This document shows, piece by piece, positions 8,799-17,502 of a stretch of DNA of 64,000 bases. Within the stretch, counting starts at the first letter, position 1; every line of letters starts with the position of its first letter. Origin of the DNA: Rhodospirillales bacterium (GTDB lineage: Bacteria > Pseudomonadota > Alphaproteobacteria > Acetobacterales > Acetobacteraceae). The DNA is taken from NCBI GenBank assembly GCA_025362815.1, contig JANYFG010000077.1:364-64363 (forward strand), given 5' to 3'. The position numbers and the translations under genes were made by a program. The notes below the pieces were generated by a model. It searched no databases and was not told the DNA's origin. It saw only the letters and a program-made list of their open reading frames with translations.

Positions 8799-10126
8799 AA
8801 ACGGTGTTGATCGTCGATGACGATGCGGCCTTGCGCGACAGCCTGGCGGAGGCGTTGGCGGATCTCGGCTATGCCACCGCTTCGGCGGAGGAGGGGCGGA
8901 TGGCGCTGGACTGGCTGGAGAGCCATCGCGCCGACGCCGTGCTGCTGGATCTGCGGATGCCGGGGCTGGATGGCATGGAGGTGCTGAAGCGTATCCGCGC
9001 GCGGCCCGATCCACCGCCGGTGGCGGTGCTGACAGCGGTGCCGACGGCGTCCAACACCATCGAGGCGATGCGGCTGGGGGCGGTCGATCATCTGGCCAAG
9101 CCGATCGGGCGGGCGGATCTGGCGGCGCTGGTGGCGCGGATGCTGCCGTCGGTTTCGGGCCTGGTGTCGCACGGCGTGGCGGCGTTGGAGGACGACACGC
9201 TGGTGGGCGGGTCCGCTGCCATGCGCTCGGTGCAGAAGGCCATCGGGATGCTGGCGGACAGCGATGCCAGCGTGCTGATCACGGGGGAGACCGGCACCGG
9301 CAAGGAGGTGGTGGCGCGCGCCATTCATCGCCATGGGCGGCGGGCGGCGCGGCCGTTCGTGGCGCTGAACTGTGCCGCCATTCCGGCCGAGCTGCTGGAA
9401 AGCCAGTTGTTCGGCCACACCAAGGGCGCGTTCACCGGGGCGGTGGCGGACACGCTGGGGTCGTTTCGCGCCGCCGACAAGGGCACGCTGTTCCTCGACG
9501 AGATCGGCGACATGGCGCAGCCGTTGCAGGCCAAGCTGCTGCGCGTGCTGCAGGAGCGGGTGGTGACGCCGCTGGGCGGGAAGCCGGTTTCGGTGGATGT
9601 GCGGATCATTTCGGCCACGCATCGCGACCTCGCGGTGGCGGTGCGCGAGGGAGCGTTCCGGGAGGATCTGTTCTACCGGCTGGGCGTGGTGCCGGTGGCG
9701 TTGCCGCCGTTGCGCGAGCGGCTGGCCGATATCGTGGAGCTGGCGGAGCATTTTCTGCGGCTGTTCGGCCAACAGGCGCACCGGCTGTCGGCGGAGGCGG
9801 CGGTGCGGCTGTTGGCGCATGACTGGAAGGGCAATGTGCGGGAGTTGCGCAATGCGATGGAGCGGGCCGCGGTGCTGGGCCGGCGCGAGGTGATCGCGGC
9901 CGAGGATCTGGATTTTCTGGTGCGGTCGAGTGGGGTGCGGTCGGATGGCTCGAATAACGCGGTGGAGGCCTCGGACATGCCGGGGGCGGTGGCGCGGCTG
10001 GAGCAGGCGATGATCCGCGGCGCGCTGGAAGCTGCCGGCGGCAATCGCAGCGAGGCGGCACGGCGGCTGGGAATCCACCGGCAGCTTCTGCATGAAAAAC
10101 TGCGGCGCTACGGGATCGAGGGGTGA
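8795..10126 (+). CDS. Sigma-54-dependent response regulator (NtrC family: REC, AAA+, Fis-type HTH)
   Basis: The REC domain has VLIVDDD...VLLDLRMPGLDG. Walker A is GETGTGKE. The sigma-54 contact loop GAFTGA is present, as is ESQLFGH. The C-terminal HTH is GNRSEAARRLGIHRQLLHEKLRRYGI. The ATG overlaps the kinase stop (ATGA). Confidence 0.9.
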   Translation: MKTVLIVDDDAALRDSLAEALADLGYATASAEEGRMALDWLESHRADAVLLDLRMPGLDGMEVLKRIRARPDPPPVAVLTAVPTASNTIEAMRLGAVDHLAKPIGRADLAALVARMLPSVSGLVSHGVAALEDDTLVGGSAAMRSVQKAIGMLADSDASVLITGETGTGKEVVARAIHRHGRRAARPFVALNCAAIPAELLESQLFGHTKGAFTGAVADTLGSFRAADKGTLFLDEIGDMAQPLQAKLLRVLQERVVTPLGGKPVSVDVRIISATHRDLAVAVREGAFREDLFYRLGVVPVALPPLRERLADIVELAEHFLRLFGQQAHRLSAEAAVRLLAHDWKGNVRELRNAMERAAVLGRREVIAAEDLDFLVRSSGVRSDGSNNAVEASDMPGAVARLEQAMIRGALEAAGGNRSEAARRLGIHRQLLHEKLRRYGIEG

Positions 10127-10131
10127 GAGGT

Positions 10132-10169
10132 GTCCGCAAACCGGACGCAGGCGTCGGGAAGCCGGACGC
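10132..10169 (+). promoter_or_regulatory. Candidate enhancer (UAS) dyads for the adjacent sigma-54 activator
   Basis: GTCCG-N5-CGGAC lies at 10132..10146 and GCGTC-N9-GACGC at 10151..10169. Both contain the repeated CCGGACGC core and sit about 55-90 bp upstream of the -24 element. The assignment to this activator is inference. Confidence 0.3.
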
Positions 10170-10179
10170 TTCCCCAGCG

Positions 10180-10193
10180 GGAATTTTTTGATA
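10180..10193 (-). promoter_or_regulatory. IHF-like site in the AT-rich spacer between the dyads and the sigma-54 promoter
   Basis: The minus strand reads TATCAAAAAATTC, a near match to WATCAA-N4-TTR. It sits within an unusually AT-rich stretch (gaattttttgataatcctatatattac). Confidence 0.25.
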
Positions 10194-10221
10194 ATCCTAT
10201 ATATTACAGTGTGTTATGCTG

Positions 10222-10237
10222 TGGCACGCGGGATGCA
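10222..10237 (+). promoter_or_regulatory. Sigma-54 (-24/-12) promoter
   Basis: TGGCACGcgggATGCA matches the consensus TGGCACG-N4-TTGCW, with GG and GC at the correct spacing and one mismatch. It lies about 58 nt upstream of the ATG at 10295 and directly downstream of a sigma-54 activator gene. Confidence 0.7.
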
Positions 10238-10294
10238 GTGTTCTGTATCACGGGACGCGGATTGCAAAGCGCCCGGTTCACGAAGGAACACCAC

Positions 10295-11029
10295 ATGGTT
10301 CGTTTTTCAAAACCCTTGATCGCCGCAATGGTGCTGGCCGCCCCGCTGCTGGCCGGCGCCGCCGGTATCGCGGCGGCCCAGATACGTCCGCCCTCGGGTC
10401 TGGCGAGCGGCAATTTCGATCCGGCGCAGCTGCCGGAATTCAAAGGCAAGGTGACGCAGTTCACGCTGTCGCCGCGCGGCGACGTGGACGGCCTGATCCT
10501 CGATGACGGTACCGAGGTGCAGGTGCCCCCGCATCTCAGCAACGCGCTGGTGTTCAGCGTGAAGCCGGGCGACGTGGTGAGCATCCGGGGCCTGAAGGCG
10601 CGCAGCATCGCCATGGTCAGCGCCGTGACGGTGACGAACGTGGCCAGCGGCGCGGTGATCGGCGGCGCGCAGACCGGCGGGCGCATGGAGGACATGGCCA
10701 AGATGGATGTGAGCGGCAAGATCAAGGCGCTGCTGCACACGCCGCGCGGCGATGTCGGCGGCGTTCTGCTGGAAGACGGCACCGTTCTGCGCATGCCGCC
10801 GCCGGAAGCGGCCAAGCAGGCGACGCTGCTGGCCGTCGGCAACACGATCGCGGCGCGCGGCGTGGGGTTCAGCGGTCCGCTCGGCAAGTCGGTCGGCGTG
10901 ATGGAGATCGGGCCATCGGCGGACAAGCTGACCAAGATCGACATGCCGCATCATCGTGGCCCCCATGGTGAAGGCCACGGACCCGAGGGGATGATGGGCG
11001 GCAAGCCGAAGCCGATGATGCACCAGTAA
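10295..11029 (+). CDS. Periplasmic protein of unknown function with two tandem ~85-aa repeats and a His/Met-rich C-terminal tail
   Basis: GAAGGA lies 8 nt before the ATG. The signal peptide is MVRFSKPLIAAMVLAAPLLAGAAGIAAA. The internal repeat is TLSPRGDVDGLILDDGTEVQVPP versus LHTPRGDVGGVLLEDGTVLRMPP. The tail is MPHHRGPHGEGHGPEGMMGGKPKPMMHQ. Confidence 0.7.
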   Translation: MVRFSKPLIAAMVLAAPLLAGAAGIAAAQIRPPSGLASGNFDPAQLPEFKGKVTQFTLSPRGDVDGLILDDGTEVQVPPHLSNALVFSVKPGDVVSIRGLKARSIAMVSAVTVTNVASGAVIGGAQTGGRMEDMAKMDVSGKIKALLHTPRGDVGGVLLEDGTVLRMPPPEAAKQATLLAVGNTIAARGVGFSGPLGKSVGVMEIGPSADKLTKIDMPHHRGPHGEGHGPEGMMGGKPKPMMHQ

Positions 11030-11056
11030 GACGCAATGCGGGCGGCTTGTTTTGGC

Positions 11057-11106
11057 GATCATGTTCATGCGTTTGGGCGAAGCAGTCCAAACGCATCATG
11101 ATCTAG
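11057..11106. repeat. Hairpin repeat, family C copy 1
   Basis: GATCATGTTCATGCGTTTGGGCgaagcagTCCAAACGCATCATGATCTAG is a near-identical copy of 42474..42523. It is internally palindromic and abuts the stop codon of the gluconolactonase-like gene. Confidence 0.85.
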
Positions 11107-12048
11107 CTAGCCGCCCGCGACGCCTTGCGTGTTGACGTAGAGCGCATACAGCGACCGGCTGGCGGCCATGAACAGCCGGTTGCGATGCCGCCCGCCGAAC
11201 GCCACGTTGGCGCAGCGTTCGGGCAGGTGGATATGGCCGATGGGCGTGCCGCTTGGGTTGAACACGCGCACGCCGTCGAGCTCGGGCGTGCCCATGCCCC
11301 AGCCGCACCAGAGATTGCCCTCGATATCGACGCGAAACCCGTCTGGCGTGCCGCCCGGGCCGGCATTGATGAAGGGCCGGCCGTTTGCGATCCTGTGCCC
11401 GTCGATCACGTCGTAGACCAGGATTTCGCGGGGGCTGGCGCGGGAGGCGACGATGTAGAGCAGGCTTTCATCCGGCGAGAACGCGAGGCCGTTGGGGCCG
11501 GGGATGTCGTCTGCCATCACGGATAGCGTTCCGTTTGGGTCGAGGCGATAGACGCATTGCGGCAGCTCGGGCTCGGCCTTTTCGCCTTCGTAGTAGCCGA
11601 GGATGCCGAAGGGCGGGTCGGTGAACCAGACGGCGCCGTCGCGCGCCACCACCACGTCGTTGGGCGAGTTCAGCCGCTTGCCGTTATAGCTGTCGGCCAG
11701 GATGGTGATGCTGCCGTCGGGCTCCGTGCGGGTAACGCGGCGTGTGCCGTGTTCGCAGGTGACGAGGCGGCCCTGGCGGTCGCGGGTGTTGCCGTTGGCG
11801 TTGTTGGAGGATTTCCGGAAGACCGAGACCGCGCCGGTCTCCTCCTCCCATTTCATCATGCGGTCGTTCGGGATGTCGCTCCAGAGCAGATAACGGCCGC
11901 AGCCGAACCAGACGGGGCCTTCAGACCAGCGGCAGCCGGTGGCGAGCCTGTCGATGCCGCCGAGCACACGGTAACGGTCGAAGCTTTTGTCCAACGACAC
12001 CATGTTGGCGTCGGGATAGCGTGACTGCGGTTCCCACATCGGCTTCAT
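11107..12048 (-). CDS. SMP-30/gluconolactonase/LRE-family protein
   Basis: The 313-aa translation has the beta-propeller family signatures EGPVW...LLWSDIPNDRM, NSPNDVVV and PDGFRVD. Confidence 0.85.
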   Translation of the reverse strand: MKPMWEPQSRYPDANMVSLDKSFDRYRVLGGIDRLATGCRWSEGPVWFGCGRYLLWSDIPNDRMMKWEEETGAVSVFRKSSNNANGNTRDRQGRLVTCEHGTRRVTRTEPDGSITILADSYNGKRLNSPNDVVVARDGAVWFTDPPFGILGYYEGEKAEPELPQCVYRLDPNGTLSVMADDIPGPNGLAFSPDESLLYIVASRASPREILVYDVIDGHRIANGRPFINAGPGGTPDGFRVDIEGNLWCGWGMGTPELDGVRVFNPSGTPIGHIHLPERCANVAFGGRHRNRLFMAASRSLYALYVNTQGVAGG

Positions 12049-12096
12049 CCCCGTTTTTATCCCGCGGTATGGCGCAGGGCGGCGCGATCCGGAAGC

Positions 12097-12241
12097 CTAC
12101 AGCCTGATGATTTTGTCTACTCGAAATCATCTGGCTCTATAGCCGGATCGGCTGAAGCAGACCCGCTCTAGGTTTATCTTTCGAGCAATTTCATCGCTTT
12201 GTTGATCGCTGCGCGATTCAACTTAAAGCGATATTGCCCTA
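12097..12241. repeat. Mosaic intergenic repeat, family D copy 1 (inverted relative to the 42.4-42.6 kb copy)
   Basis: The reverse complement matches modules at 42402..42473 and 42524..42612. These are the TAGAGC...GCTCTA hairpins and the CGCGCAGCGATCAACAAAGCGATGAAATTG block. The GC content is lower than in the flanks. The element overlaps the TAG stop at 12239..12241. Confidence 0.85.
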
Positions 12242-13795
12242 GCACTCGCTCCGCCGGAACATCACACGCCGCGCCAGCCAGCAGCCGATTTCGGCGGCCA
12301 CCACGCCCGCATCCTCTCGCACGAACCGCACCGTCCAGTCGCCGGGCGGCGAATGATCGAGCGCGCGGGGCATCGGCAGGCGCCACAGATCGGTGCCCAC
12401 GGGGATCATCGGCTGCATCAGCCCTGTGCCGAGATACCCGGAAAACGCCCCATACACGCCGCCGCCATCGGACACGCACGTGAAGTCCGCCGCGTATTCG
12501 TCCGACTGAAACACGCCGCCGACATCCAGCGCCGCCTCGCCGGTGACGGGGATGAGGACGCCTGACAGATTGTCGCCGGTCCGCTCCATCCGGATGCCCG
12601 CATCGGTGCGGCGCAACAGCACGTTGCCGCCGCGCGCCTCGTCATCTCGCCCGAGGCCGAGCGTCTCGGGCGTGAGACCGGCGAAATGGAGATTGACCGA
12701 CTGCTCCCGCGTCGGCTCCAGCCGCACCACGAGCCCCGTCCCGGGTTCCTGATACCGCCCCTCCCACGGTGTGGCCGAACCGCCGGCGCCGGATTTGGTG
12801 GGCGTGGGCACCAACTGCGCCAGCAGGTCCAGCGCCGCGCGGCGAGGGTCCGCCATGTGGTTGAACAGCACGACGACCGAGATGCGCTCGGACGGCAGGT
12901 AAAACCGGATGCTGCGCCAGCCCCGAAGGCCGCCGCCATGGCCGGTGCCCTTGATGCCGAGCATTTCCACATGCCCCAGGCCGAAGGCGTAGCGCGCCAC
13001 GGCCCCATCGGCGAAACGATTGGGCGCGGATTGCCGCTGATAGAGGCTGGAGGCGTCGTCGCGCGTGGCGTCGATATGCCGTTCCCAGGCGATCATGTCG
13101 TCCAGGCTGGCGCCGATCCCGGCATCCCCGGTCCAGTGCACCCGGTTCACCGCCGGGCGGAAGCCGGTCTCCAGCGTGCCCTCATAACCCACCGTGCCGT
13201 CTGGCATCACCGAGGTGTCCGCGCACAAGCGTGCCGACGGCATGCCGGCGCGATCGAAGATCCTTGTGCGCAGCAACGTCGCGAAGTCTTCGCCCGCGCG
13301 CTCTGCCACCACGTCGCCGAGCAGGCGAAAATTCTGGTTGCAGTAGGAATACTGCGTGCCGGGCGTGAAGTGCAGGCTGGAGGTCAGCGCGATCAGATGC
13401 CGGGCCTGGGCCTCGTCGAACGAAGCCTCCACCGGCGAGCCGCACAGCATGGCGGTGGCCCAATAGTCGCGCAGGCCGGATTGGTTGTGCGCCATGTGCA
13501 ACGCGGTGGGGGCCACGCCTTGCAGAAGCGGCATGCGGGCGCGAATGGCGTCGTTCAAAACCAGAGGATCCGGGGTCTGATCCAGCATGAGGCCGCAGGT
13601 GAACTGCTTGGTGATGGAGCAGATGCGAAACAGCGTCTGCGGCGTGAACGGCAAACGACGGTCCACATCGGCAAAGCCCCAGGCGTGCCGCGTGAGCGTC
13701 TCGCCATCTTTCAGCACGGCCACCGCGCCCCCTGGCCCGGCATAGGCCTGCGCAAGGCGGGCTGTGGCGTTATCCAGATGGGTGAGAACCGACAT
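12239..13795 (-). CDS. D-aminopeptidase-like serine hydrolase (beta-lactamase/S12 family)
   Basis: The protein is 518 aa. The SxxK motif is in RICSITKQFTCG. The length and three-domain organisation resemble D-aminopeptidase DAP. Substrate specificity is not provable from the sequence. Confidence 0.75.
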   Translation of the reverse strand: MSVLTHLDNATARLAQAYAGPGGAVAVLKDGETLTRHAWGFADVDRRLPFTPQTLFRICSITKQFTCGLMLDQTPDPLVLNDAIRARMPLLQGVAPTALHMAHNQSGLRDYWATAMLCGSPVEASFDEAQARHLIALTSSLHFTPGTQYSYCNQNFRLLGDVVAERAGEDFATLLRTRIFDRAGMPSARLCADTSVMPDGTVGYEGTLETGFRPAVNRVHWTGDAGIGASLDDMIAWERHIDATRDDASSLYQRQSAPNRFADGAVARYAFGLGHVEMLGIKGTGHGGGLRGWRSIRFYLPSERISVVVLFNHMADPRRAALDLLAQLVPTPTKSGAGGSATPWEGRYQEPGTGLVVRLEPTREQSVNLHFAGLTPETLGLGRDDEARGGNVLLRRTDAGIRMERTGDNLSGVLIPVTGEAALDVGGVFQSDEYAADFTCVSDGGGVYGAFSGYLGTGLMQPMIPVGTDLWRLPMPRALDHSPPGDWTVRFVREDAGVVAAEIGCWLARRVMFRRSEC

Positions 13796-13872
13796 GCCCG
13801 ATTTCCTGCAGCAACAAGCAGAACCGTATCAGGCGCCGCCGCTCCCCGAAAGGAGCGGCTATCTCTGTGCGT

Positions 13873-14817
13873 TCAGCGAACCTGCTGGATGGCCGAGAGC
13901 ACCCAGCGGCCGCCGAGCGCGCGCAGGAAGGTCCAGATCTCGGTGGCCATGCCGCGCTGGTCCGGGCTGCCCGCCGTGACCCGGCCGGTGCCGTCGCGGG
14001 TGACATCGATCATCGAAAAGCGCATGGCGACGGTTGCGTATTCGCGGCCATCCTCGGCCCAGGCCTCGGACAGGTCGCCCTGTTCCAGCTTCACGTCGGT
14101 GACCGAATTTCGCTCGTTGCGGCTGGTCTGCTCGGCCAGCTGCTCACCGAAATACGACACCATCTCAGGCGTGGCGACCATGCGCAGCGTGCTGAGATCA
14201 TGCTGCGTCCACGCGGCCTGCACGGCCTGCAGCAGCTTTTCGAAATTCTGAAAATCCGTGGGCGTGATTTCCACGCGCGGCGCCACCGGGCCACCGCCGC
14301 CCATGTTGCCCATCGGCCGCTGCGCGGGCTGGCCGCCGGGATTGAACATCGCGGGGCCACCGGCCATCGCCGGACGACGGTTGAGGAACAGGCGGATCAG
14401 GAAGCGGCCGATGAAGAAGATCAGCGCCATCTGGATGATGAAGCCCAGGAAGCCCCCGAACCCGCCGCCGCCGTGGAAGAAGCCACCGCCGCCGCCGAAC
14501 AGCATGCTGCCGATGCCGGCGCCGATCAGGCCGCCCGCGATGCCGCTCATGAAACCGCCGCGCGGCGACATCTGCGGCTGCGGCTGCGCGCCGAAGCCGG
14601 GGCTCTGCGACGGCGCGGGCGCTGTCTGCGGCGTGATGGTGCGCTGCATCGGCTGTGCGGCCGAAGGCGCCGTGGTCGTGCTGGGCGGGGCGGAGTAAGT
14701 AAGGCCGCCACGGCTGCCGGTCGACGCACCGCTGCCAGCGCGGGCGTCGGCCAGTGACGGCGTCAACGCCAGACCCAGCACGGCGAAAGCGGCAATGAGG
14801 CGACTTGTGCGGCGCAT
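13873..14817 (-). CDS. Tim44-like domain membrane protein
   Basis: There is a signal or anchor sequence, a Gly-rich region, a TM segment (GFLGFIIQMALIFFIGRFLI), and a C-terminal Tim44-like domain (FEKLLQAVQAAWTQHDLSTLRMVATPEMVSYF...WTFLRALGGRWVLSAIQQ). Confidence 0.8.
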   Translation of the reverse strand: MRRTSRLIAAFAVLGLALTPSLADARAGSGASTGSRGGLTYSAPPSTTTAPSAAQPMQRTITPQTAPAPSQSPGFGAQPQPQMSPRGGFMSGIAGGLIGAGIGSMLFGGGGGFFHGGGGFGGFLGFIIQMALIFFIGRFLIRLFLNRRPAMAGGPAMFNPGGQPAQRPMGNMGGGGPVAPRVEITPTDFQNFEKLLQAVQAAWTQHDLSTLRMVATPEMVSYFGEQLAEQTSRNERNSVTDVKLEQGDLSEAWAEDGREYATVAMRFSMIDVTRDGTGRVTAGSPDQRGMATEIWTFLRALGGRWVLSAIQQVR

Positions 14818-14897
14818 GGTTGGTCCCTTGACTGGCGTCCGATTGTGTCTACGCGTATATAGTCAACCGGAGCCAGAAATATCAGGGGGCCGCGCGT

Positions 14898-16226
14898 TTA
14901 TCCGCCGGCCATCGTCAGCCCGTCCACCCGGATGGTCGGCGCATCGGTGCCGCGGCGGAACACCAGGTCGTTGGCGGGCACCAGATTGGCGAACATCTCG
15001 AGGCCATTGCCCGCGATGGTGATTTCGGCCACCGGCTCGGCGATCACGCCGTCGCGGATCATGAAGCCGGCCGCGCCCCGGCTGTAATCGCCGGTGATGC
15101 CGTTCATGCCGCCGCCGAGCAGCTCGGTGACATAAAGCCCCTCCCTGATATCGGCCATCAGCTGCGCAGGCGTGAGCGTTCCCGCCTGCATATACACGTT
15201 GGTGGAAGACGGCGACGGCGGGCCGCCGGTGCCACGCGCGGCGTTGCCGGTGGAGACGAGGCCCAGCTGGCGGGCGGACCGGCTGTCGAGCAGCCAGGTT
15301 TGCAGCACGCCGCCCTCGATCAGCGTGCGGGTGCGGGTGGCCACGCCCTCACCGTCGAACAGGCGGGAGCGGGAGCCGCGCACCCGGCGCGGGTCGTCGA
15401 TGATGGTGATGCCGGCGCCGAACACCGCCTGGCCCATGCGGTCCTTCAGCAGCGAGGTGCCGCGCGCCACCGCGCCGCCGTTGATGGCGCCGAGGAAATG
15501 GCCGAGCAGGCTGGTGGACACGCGTGGGTCGAACACCACCGGCACCACCGCCGTTTTCGGCCGCACCGGGCCCAAACGCGCCAGCGCCCGATGGGCGGCG
15601 GACAGGCCGATCGTCTCGGGGTCGTCCAGATCGGAGAAATATACTTTCGACGAATAATCGTAGTCGCGCTGCATGTCCGTGCCACTGCCGGCCAGCGCCG
15701 TGGCGGAGATGGAATGCCCGCTGCGCAGCACGCGCCCAGCGAACCCCGCCGACGTGACCAGCACGATTTCGGTGCGCGAGAACCCCGCCTCGGCGCCCTC
15801 GGTGTTCGTGATGCCGGACACCGAGCGCGCCGCCTGCTCGGCCATCTCGGCGCGGCCCAGCAAGGTGGTGGCATCCGGCTCGTGGCCGTCATCGAGTTCC
15901 AGGTCGCCCATCTCTGGCGGGCTCATCGCCTCGGCCAGCCCGCCATACGGGTCGGCCGGCACCACGCGCGCCATGGCCACCGCGCGTTCGGCCAACCGGT
16001 CGAAGCCGTTCGGGTCGATGCTGGTGGCCGACACGATCGCCGCCTGCTGGCCCACGAAGACCCGCAGGCCGAGATCCTGGCCCTCGGCGCGTTCCAGCTG
16101 CTCGGTCTGCCCATCGCGGCGCGAGACGGACAGCGAGCTGCCGGCCACCAGCACCGCATCGGCGGCATCGGCGCCTGCCTTTCGGGCGCGGGCGATCAGA
16201 TCGCCCAGCAGGTCCATATGGCTCAT
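14898..16226 (-). CDS. pmbA: TldE/PmbA-family metalloprotease
   Basis: The protein is 442 aa. The N-terminus (LIARARKAGADAADAVLVAGSSLSVSRRDGQTEQLERAEGQDLGLRVFVG) and the C-terminal PmbA_TldD region are typical. Confidence 0.85.
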   Translation of the reverse strand: MSHMDLLGDLIARARKAGADAADAVLVAGSSLSVSRRDGQTEQLERAEGQDLGLRVFVGQQAAIVSATSIDPNGFDRLAERAVAMARVVPADPYGGLAEAMSPPEMGDLELDDGHEPDATTLLGRAEMAEQAARSVSGITNTEGAEAGFSRTEIVLVTSAGFAGRVLRSGHSISATALAGSGTDMQRDYDYSSKVYFSDLDDPETIGLSAAHRALARLGPVRPKTAVVPVVFDPRVSTSLLGHFLGAINGGAVARGTSLLKDRMGQAVFGAGITIIDDPRRVRGSRSRLFDGEGVATRTRTLIEGGVLQTWLLDSRSARQLGLVSTGNAARGTGGPPSPSSTNVYMQAGTLTPAQLMADIREGLYVTELLGGGMNGITGDYSRGAAGFMIRDGVIAEPVAEITIAGNGLEMFANLVPANDLVFRRGTDAPTIRVDGLTMAGG

Positions 16227-16230
16227 CGGA

Positions 16231-17502
16231 TCAGGCGGCCAGCAACGAGGAGATGGCGGACAGATTGGGCACCTGCCCCGCCGGCCCCAGGGCGGCCAGC
16301 GTGGGCTGGCTGCGGAAGATGCGCGCCGCCGCCGCCTCGATGCTGGCCACCGTCACCCCATCGATCCGGGCCACCGTCTCGGCCACCGGCATGATGCGGC
16401 CGAAGACCTGGATCTGCCGCGCCAGCTGTTCGCAGCGGCTGCCGGTGCTTTCCAGCGACATCAAAAGGCCTGCCTTCACCTGGGCGCGCGCGCGGGCGAG
16501 TTCCGCCTCCGTCACGCTGTGCTGCACCTTGTGAAGCTCGTCGAGCGTGACGGGCACCAGCTCGGCCGCCTCGCTCTCGCCGGTGCCGGCATAGATGCCG
16601 AACAGGCCGCCATCGCTGTAGGGCGAGGCGAAGGCGTAGATGGAATAGACCAGCCCGCGCTTCTCGCGGATCTCCTGGAACAGCCGCGACGACATGCCGC
16701 CGCCCAGCAGCGTGGCCAGCAGCATCGACGGGTAATATTCGGGATGCCCATAGCCCACGGCGGGAAAGCCCAGCACCACGTGCACCTGGTCGAGATCGCG
16801 CGCCTCGCGGAACTCACCGCCGGCATAGAGCCCGGGCTCGGTGGACGGCGCCGGTTCGGTCGGCAGATCGGCGAAATGGCGCTGCACGAGGTCGAGGAAC
16901 CGGTCGTGGTCGAGGTTGCCCGCGGCGGCCACCACGGTGTTGGAGGCCGCGTAGTGGCGCTTCATGTAGTTCATCAGCGTGTCGCGACGCATGCCGCGGA
17001 TCAGGCCCTCGGTGCCCAGCACGGGGCGGCCCATCGGCTGGTTCGGGAACGCGGTGGACTGGAAATGATCGAAGATGATGTCGTCCGGCGTGTCGTTCGC
17101 CTGGCCGATCTCCTGCAAAATTACGCCGCGCTCCCGCTCCATCTCGTCGGGGTCGAAGGTGGAATGCGTCAGGATGTCACCGATGATGTCGGTGCCCAGC
17201 GCCATGTCCTCCTTCAGCACCTTCACGTAATACGCGGTCTGCTCGCGCGCGGTGTAGGCGTTGATATGGCCGCCGACATTCTCGATCTCCTCGGCGATCG
17301 CCGCAGCCGACCGGCTTTCGGTGCCTTTGAACGCCATGTGTTCGAGAAAATGCGAGGCTCCGTTCTCGGCTGCGTCCTCATGGCGGGTGCCGGTGGCGAC
17401 ATAGGCGCCGAGCGAGACGGTCTCCACCCGGTCCATCCGCTCGCTGACGACGGTGAGGCCGTTGTCGAGACGGGTGACGCGGATCAGGTCGGATTGGCTC
17501 AT
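16231..17502 (-). CDS. M16-family zinc peptidase (mitochondrial-processing-peptidase-like)
   Basis: The inverted zinc motif HFLEHMAFKGT is present, with a downstream Glu (EIENVGGHINAYT). The protein is 423 aa. Confidence 0.85.
   Translation of the reverse strand: MSQSDLIRVTRLDNGLTVVSERMDRVETVSLGAYVATGTRHEDAAENGASHFLEHMAFKGTESRSAAAIAEEIENVGGHINAYTAREQTAYYVKVLKEDMALGTDIIGDILTHSTFDPDEMERERGVILQEIGQANDTPDDIIFDHFQSTAFPNQPMGRPVLGTEGLIRGMRRDTLMNYMKRHYAASNTVVAAAGNLDHDRFLDLVQRHFADLPTEPAPSTEPGLYAGGEFREARDLDQVHVVLGFPAVGYGHPEYYPSMLLATLLGGGMSSRLFQEIREKRGLVYSIYAFASPYSDGGLFGIYAGTGESEAAELVPVTLDELHKVQHSVTEAELARARAQVKAGLLMSLESTGSRCEQLARQIQVFGRIMPVAETVARIDGVTVASIEAAAARIFRSQPTLAALGPAGQVPNLSAISSLLAA

Noticed and set aside
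7344-10093. Two ORFs of more than 550 aa (7344..9014 and 8417..10093) antisense to the kinase and sigma-54 activator
   Set aside because: The translations are dominated by Arg, Pro, His and Gln with no recognisable motifs. The sense-strand genes carry full kinase and AAA+ motif sets. Long stop-free antisense frames are typical of high-GC DNA.
12174-12479. Possible small gene ending ...INKAMKLLER inside the family D repeat (and MKLFEKNK... in the 42.55 kb copy)
   Set aside because: The reading frame is not conserved between the two repeat copies: the stop comes after 6 codons in one and 19 in the other. The upstream part is antisense to the D-aminopeptidase-like gene. I treated it as non-coding repeat sequence.
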